DNA from: a virus
Taxonomy: Duplodnaviria; Heunggongvirae; Uroviricota; Caudoviricetes
Length of the DNA stretch: 28,488 bases
Strand: one strand, 5' to 3'
IMG/VR virus record: IMGVR_UViG_2609460354_000008
Location: 1 to 28,488 of that record
In this document: piece after piece, positions 26,779-28,488 of the stretch
Position numbering within the stretch: position 1 is the first letter of the stretch
Layout: each line of letters begins with the position of its first letter
Position numbers and translations under genes: made by a program
Notes under the pieces: generated by a model
Databases searched by the model: none
What the model saw: the letters and a program-made list of their open reading frames with translations, nothing else
What the model was told of the DNA's origin: nothing

Positions 26779-27444
26779 TTACAGCCGTTCAGAACGTAAA
26801 TGCGTCAATACTCGACTCCACTTATCATCCTGCCACGGCCGGAATTTTACATGTGCCGTTTCTCTGGCAAGGATTTCGCGCGCCTTATGTAGTATCTGGG
26901 GATATTCTTGCTCGATGGAAGCAAAGCGACCGGCTTCGCGGTGCTCCGCAACCTGAAGAAGTAGAGTAACATTCTGGCAGGCGGTTAACATCACATCCCC
27001 TGCTCGCCATAACCAAGCAAGTGTGCAAAGTTCGTTATCAGTGAATTGTTTTATGATTGGGGATTGTTGAACTTCTCGATCGAGAATATCCAGAACCCAA
27101 CGGCGGAACTCTTTGGCTACAGGAGTGCGGGCGAACATGGCGATCAAATGGGCTCCGCGGAGAGAGAAAACGCGTACTTTCTTCTTCAAGTTTCGAGTAC
27201 TTTTCGAGGTACTCAGATCAAGTACCTCGACATCATTCTCTGAGGTACTGACTTCAAGCACTCTAGTCATACTACTGGAAAATTCGTCAGCATATTTGTT
27301 GTAAATCATCGTGACTGCGCGACTATTCGAATACTTCAGTGCTCTTGCTAGGTTGGATGAAGTTAGCCATATTCCGGCAATATTTGCCACTGGCACTAGT
27401 GCTTCACCTTGGAAGTTCAGATCTGATGTTGCTACAATACTCAT
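26779..27444 (-). CDS. Bro-N domain antirepressor-like protein (start set at Met28, AAGGAA RBS; alternative start at 27525)
   Basis: N-terminal Bro-N-like pattern (LNFQGEALVPVANIAGIW...FSLRGAHLIAMFARTPVAKEFRRWVLDILDREV); downstream of the Arc-like gene. Confidence 0.55.
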   Translation of the reverse strand: MSIVATSDLNFQGEALVPVANIAGIWLTSSNLARALKYSNSRAVTMIYNKYADEFSSSMTRVLEVSTSENDVEVLDLSTSKSTRNLKKKVRVFSLRGAHLIAMFARTPVAKEFRRWVLDILDREVQQSPIIKQFTDNELCTLAWLWRAGDVMLTACQNVTLLLQVAEHREAGRFASIEQEYPQILHKAREILARETAHVKFRPWQDDKWSRVLTHLRSERL

Positions 27445-27514
27445 GTCGATATTTCCTTCGCGGTTATTTTCGATAGAAGCCCCTAAGGTTGCCGCCAGTG
27501 GGGCTTCGCTGTTT

Positions 27515-27673
27515 CTAGCGAGCATGTATCCGTGCTCTAAATTTCAATGCCCATACAAGCGCCTGAACAATAGCTGCGTTCTCAGACATCCCTTCCTCCT
27601 GAGCAATTCGCTTGAATTCATCCTTCACTTTTTGCGGATAGCGAAGGGTAATTTTTACCTCTTTCTTTTCCAT
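27515..27673 (-). CDS. Arc-like ribbon-helix-helix repressor (52 aa)
   Basis: MEKKEVKITLRYPQKVKDEFKRIAQEEGMSENAAIVQALVWAL has the RHH beta-strand/helix pattern; GAGG RBS; divergent from the Mnt-like gene. Confidence 0.55.
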   Translation of the reverse strand: MEKKEVKITLRYPQKVKDEFKRIAQEEGMSENAAIVQALVWALKFRARIHAR

Positions 27674-27772
27674 TGACATAACCTCATGAGGCCACAATGA
27701 CACCATGAGGCCATAATGCCACCATTGAATTGATGTGGCAATATGGCACCATTCATTTTTTTGGGGGTTCCA

Positions 27773-28090
27773 ATGGCTGACAAACAAGTAAAAGACTACG
27801 ATAAGTTTAACCTCCGTTTCCCTGATGGGATGCGTGAAGCTATAGCTGAACGAGCCAAACGAAACGGGCGCTCAATGAATTCAGAAATCATTCAAATACT
27901 CCAAGATGCCATAGAAGGAAGTTCTGAACTATCTAAACGTTTAAATTTAGTTGGGTTTATTCGAGGTGACAGAGAGATACGTGACCTGGAAGATAATGCA
28001 AGCAAACTTGCGTTGTATATCGATCATAGAACACAAGAGTTTAAACAAATTTTATTGGAAGATTTAAAATTACTCCTTAATCATGATTAA
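27773..28090 (+). CDS. Mnt/Arc-family ribbon-helix-helix repressor (Mnt-like, 105 aa)
   Basis: FNLRFPDGMREAIAERAKRNGRSMNSEIIQILQDAI aligns with P22 Mnt (FNFRMP...ANGRSMNSELLQIVQDAL) and Arc; GGGGG RBS before the ATG. Confidence 0.7.
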   Translation: MADKQVKDYDKFNLRFPDGMREAIAERAKRNGRSMNSEIIQILQDAIEGSSELSKRLNLVGFIRGDREIRDLEDNASKLALYIDHRTQEFKQILLEDLKLLLNHD

Positions 28091-28134
28091 TGTTAATATT
28101 TTCTCAAAATCCAATTGATAGAGGAGTTATTTAT

Positions 28135-28488
28135 ATGCGTATTAAAATCATGCCTCTCCCAAGTACTATCCAAATGGGCCAAAAAAAACGGACAACAAGT
28201 GCAGCAGTATCCACAACGTTTTTTGGCCCAAATGGTCTTAAACCACAAGGAGATAGCCTTGAAAATACAGCAAAGAAAAACTCTTCAATTTTGCGAGAAA
28301 AAAACTACAGAAAAATTGCTGAAACACTATATAAAACTGGGGTCATAACTATGGCAACATTTGATAGAGAATGTAATTTAGGAGGTAAAGACAGAAAGTA
28401 CTTGCGACATATTTTTTCCCTACTTTTGTCAGAAAAAATCAAATCAAAACAAATCAGAATAACCCGCAAGAAAAAACAGAAGAAATAA
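28135..28488 (+). CDS. Hypothetical protein with Lys-rich basic C-terminus (117 aa), low-GC; stop is the last codon of the window
   Basis: ATG preceded by a GAGGAG RBS about 8 nt upstream; no family recognised. Confidence 0.4.
   Translation: MRIKIMPLPSTIQMGQKKRTTSAAVSTTFFGPNGLKPQGDSLENTAKKNSSILREKNYRKIAETLYKTGVITMATFDRECNLGGKDRKYLRHIFSLLLSEKIKSKQIRITRKKKQKK

Noticed and set aside
27445-27525. Longer start (Met1 at 27525) for the Bro-N antirepressor gene
   Set aside because: Met28 at 27444 has a clear AAGGAA RBS while Met1 has none. Left as an alternative because it would give an 11-nt overlap with the Arc-like gene.
28115-28348. 77-aa alternative frame overlapping the 28135-28488 ORF
   Set aside because: TTG start without RBS; the other frame has ATG plus GAGGAG. 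Kept only as an alternative.
1-28488. CRISPR arrays, rRNA genes, IS elements or transposases
   Set aside because: No regularly spaced direct repeats, no rRNA-like conserved stretches and no transposase-like ORFs. The only site-specific recombinase seen is the Pin invertase.

Overview
This window reads as the late/right arm of a mosaic lambdoid prophage in an enterobacterial (E. coli-like) genome, with nearly all genes on the minus strand. All calls rest on reading the supplied ORF translations and sequence by eye; no searches were run, and coordinates of features not in the ORF track may be off by 1-2 nt. From high to low coordinates: an immI-like switch (Mnt-like repressor divergent from an Arc-like RHH gene plus a Bro-N antirepressor); an AT-rich two-gene island (HEPN-domain protein plus an unrecognised partner); a DLP12-like nin cluster (NinB, NinE, YbcO, RusA, YlcG); a putative Q antiterminator; an AT-rich Q-to-lysis spacer with a strong intrinsic terminator; a lysis cassette (holin, lambda-R-like endolysin, Rz/Rz1); HNH endonuclease; terminase small and large subunits; HK97-type portal, protease and capsid; head-tail joining genes; a Mu-like contractile tail (sheath, tube, frameshifted chaperone, tape measure, baseplate); and a Pin-type invertible tail-fibre segment. 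The low-coordinate end carries a DinI-like gene with a LexA box and a 22-codon fragment of a MerR-family gene that probably marks the prophage-host junction. The best candidate for an undescribed system is the HEPN-plus-unknown-partner operon at 25683-26479. Secondary candidates are the ORFs in the Q-holin spacer and the unknown gene at 28135-28488.
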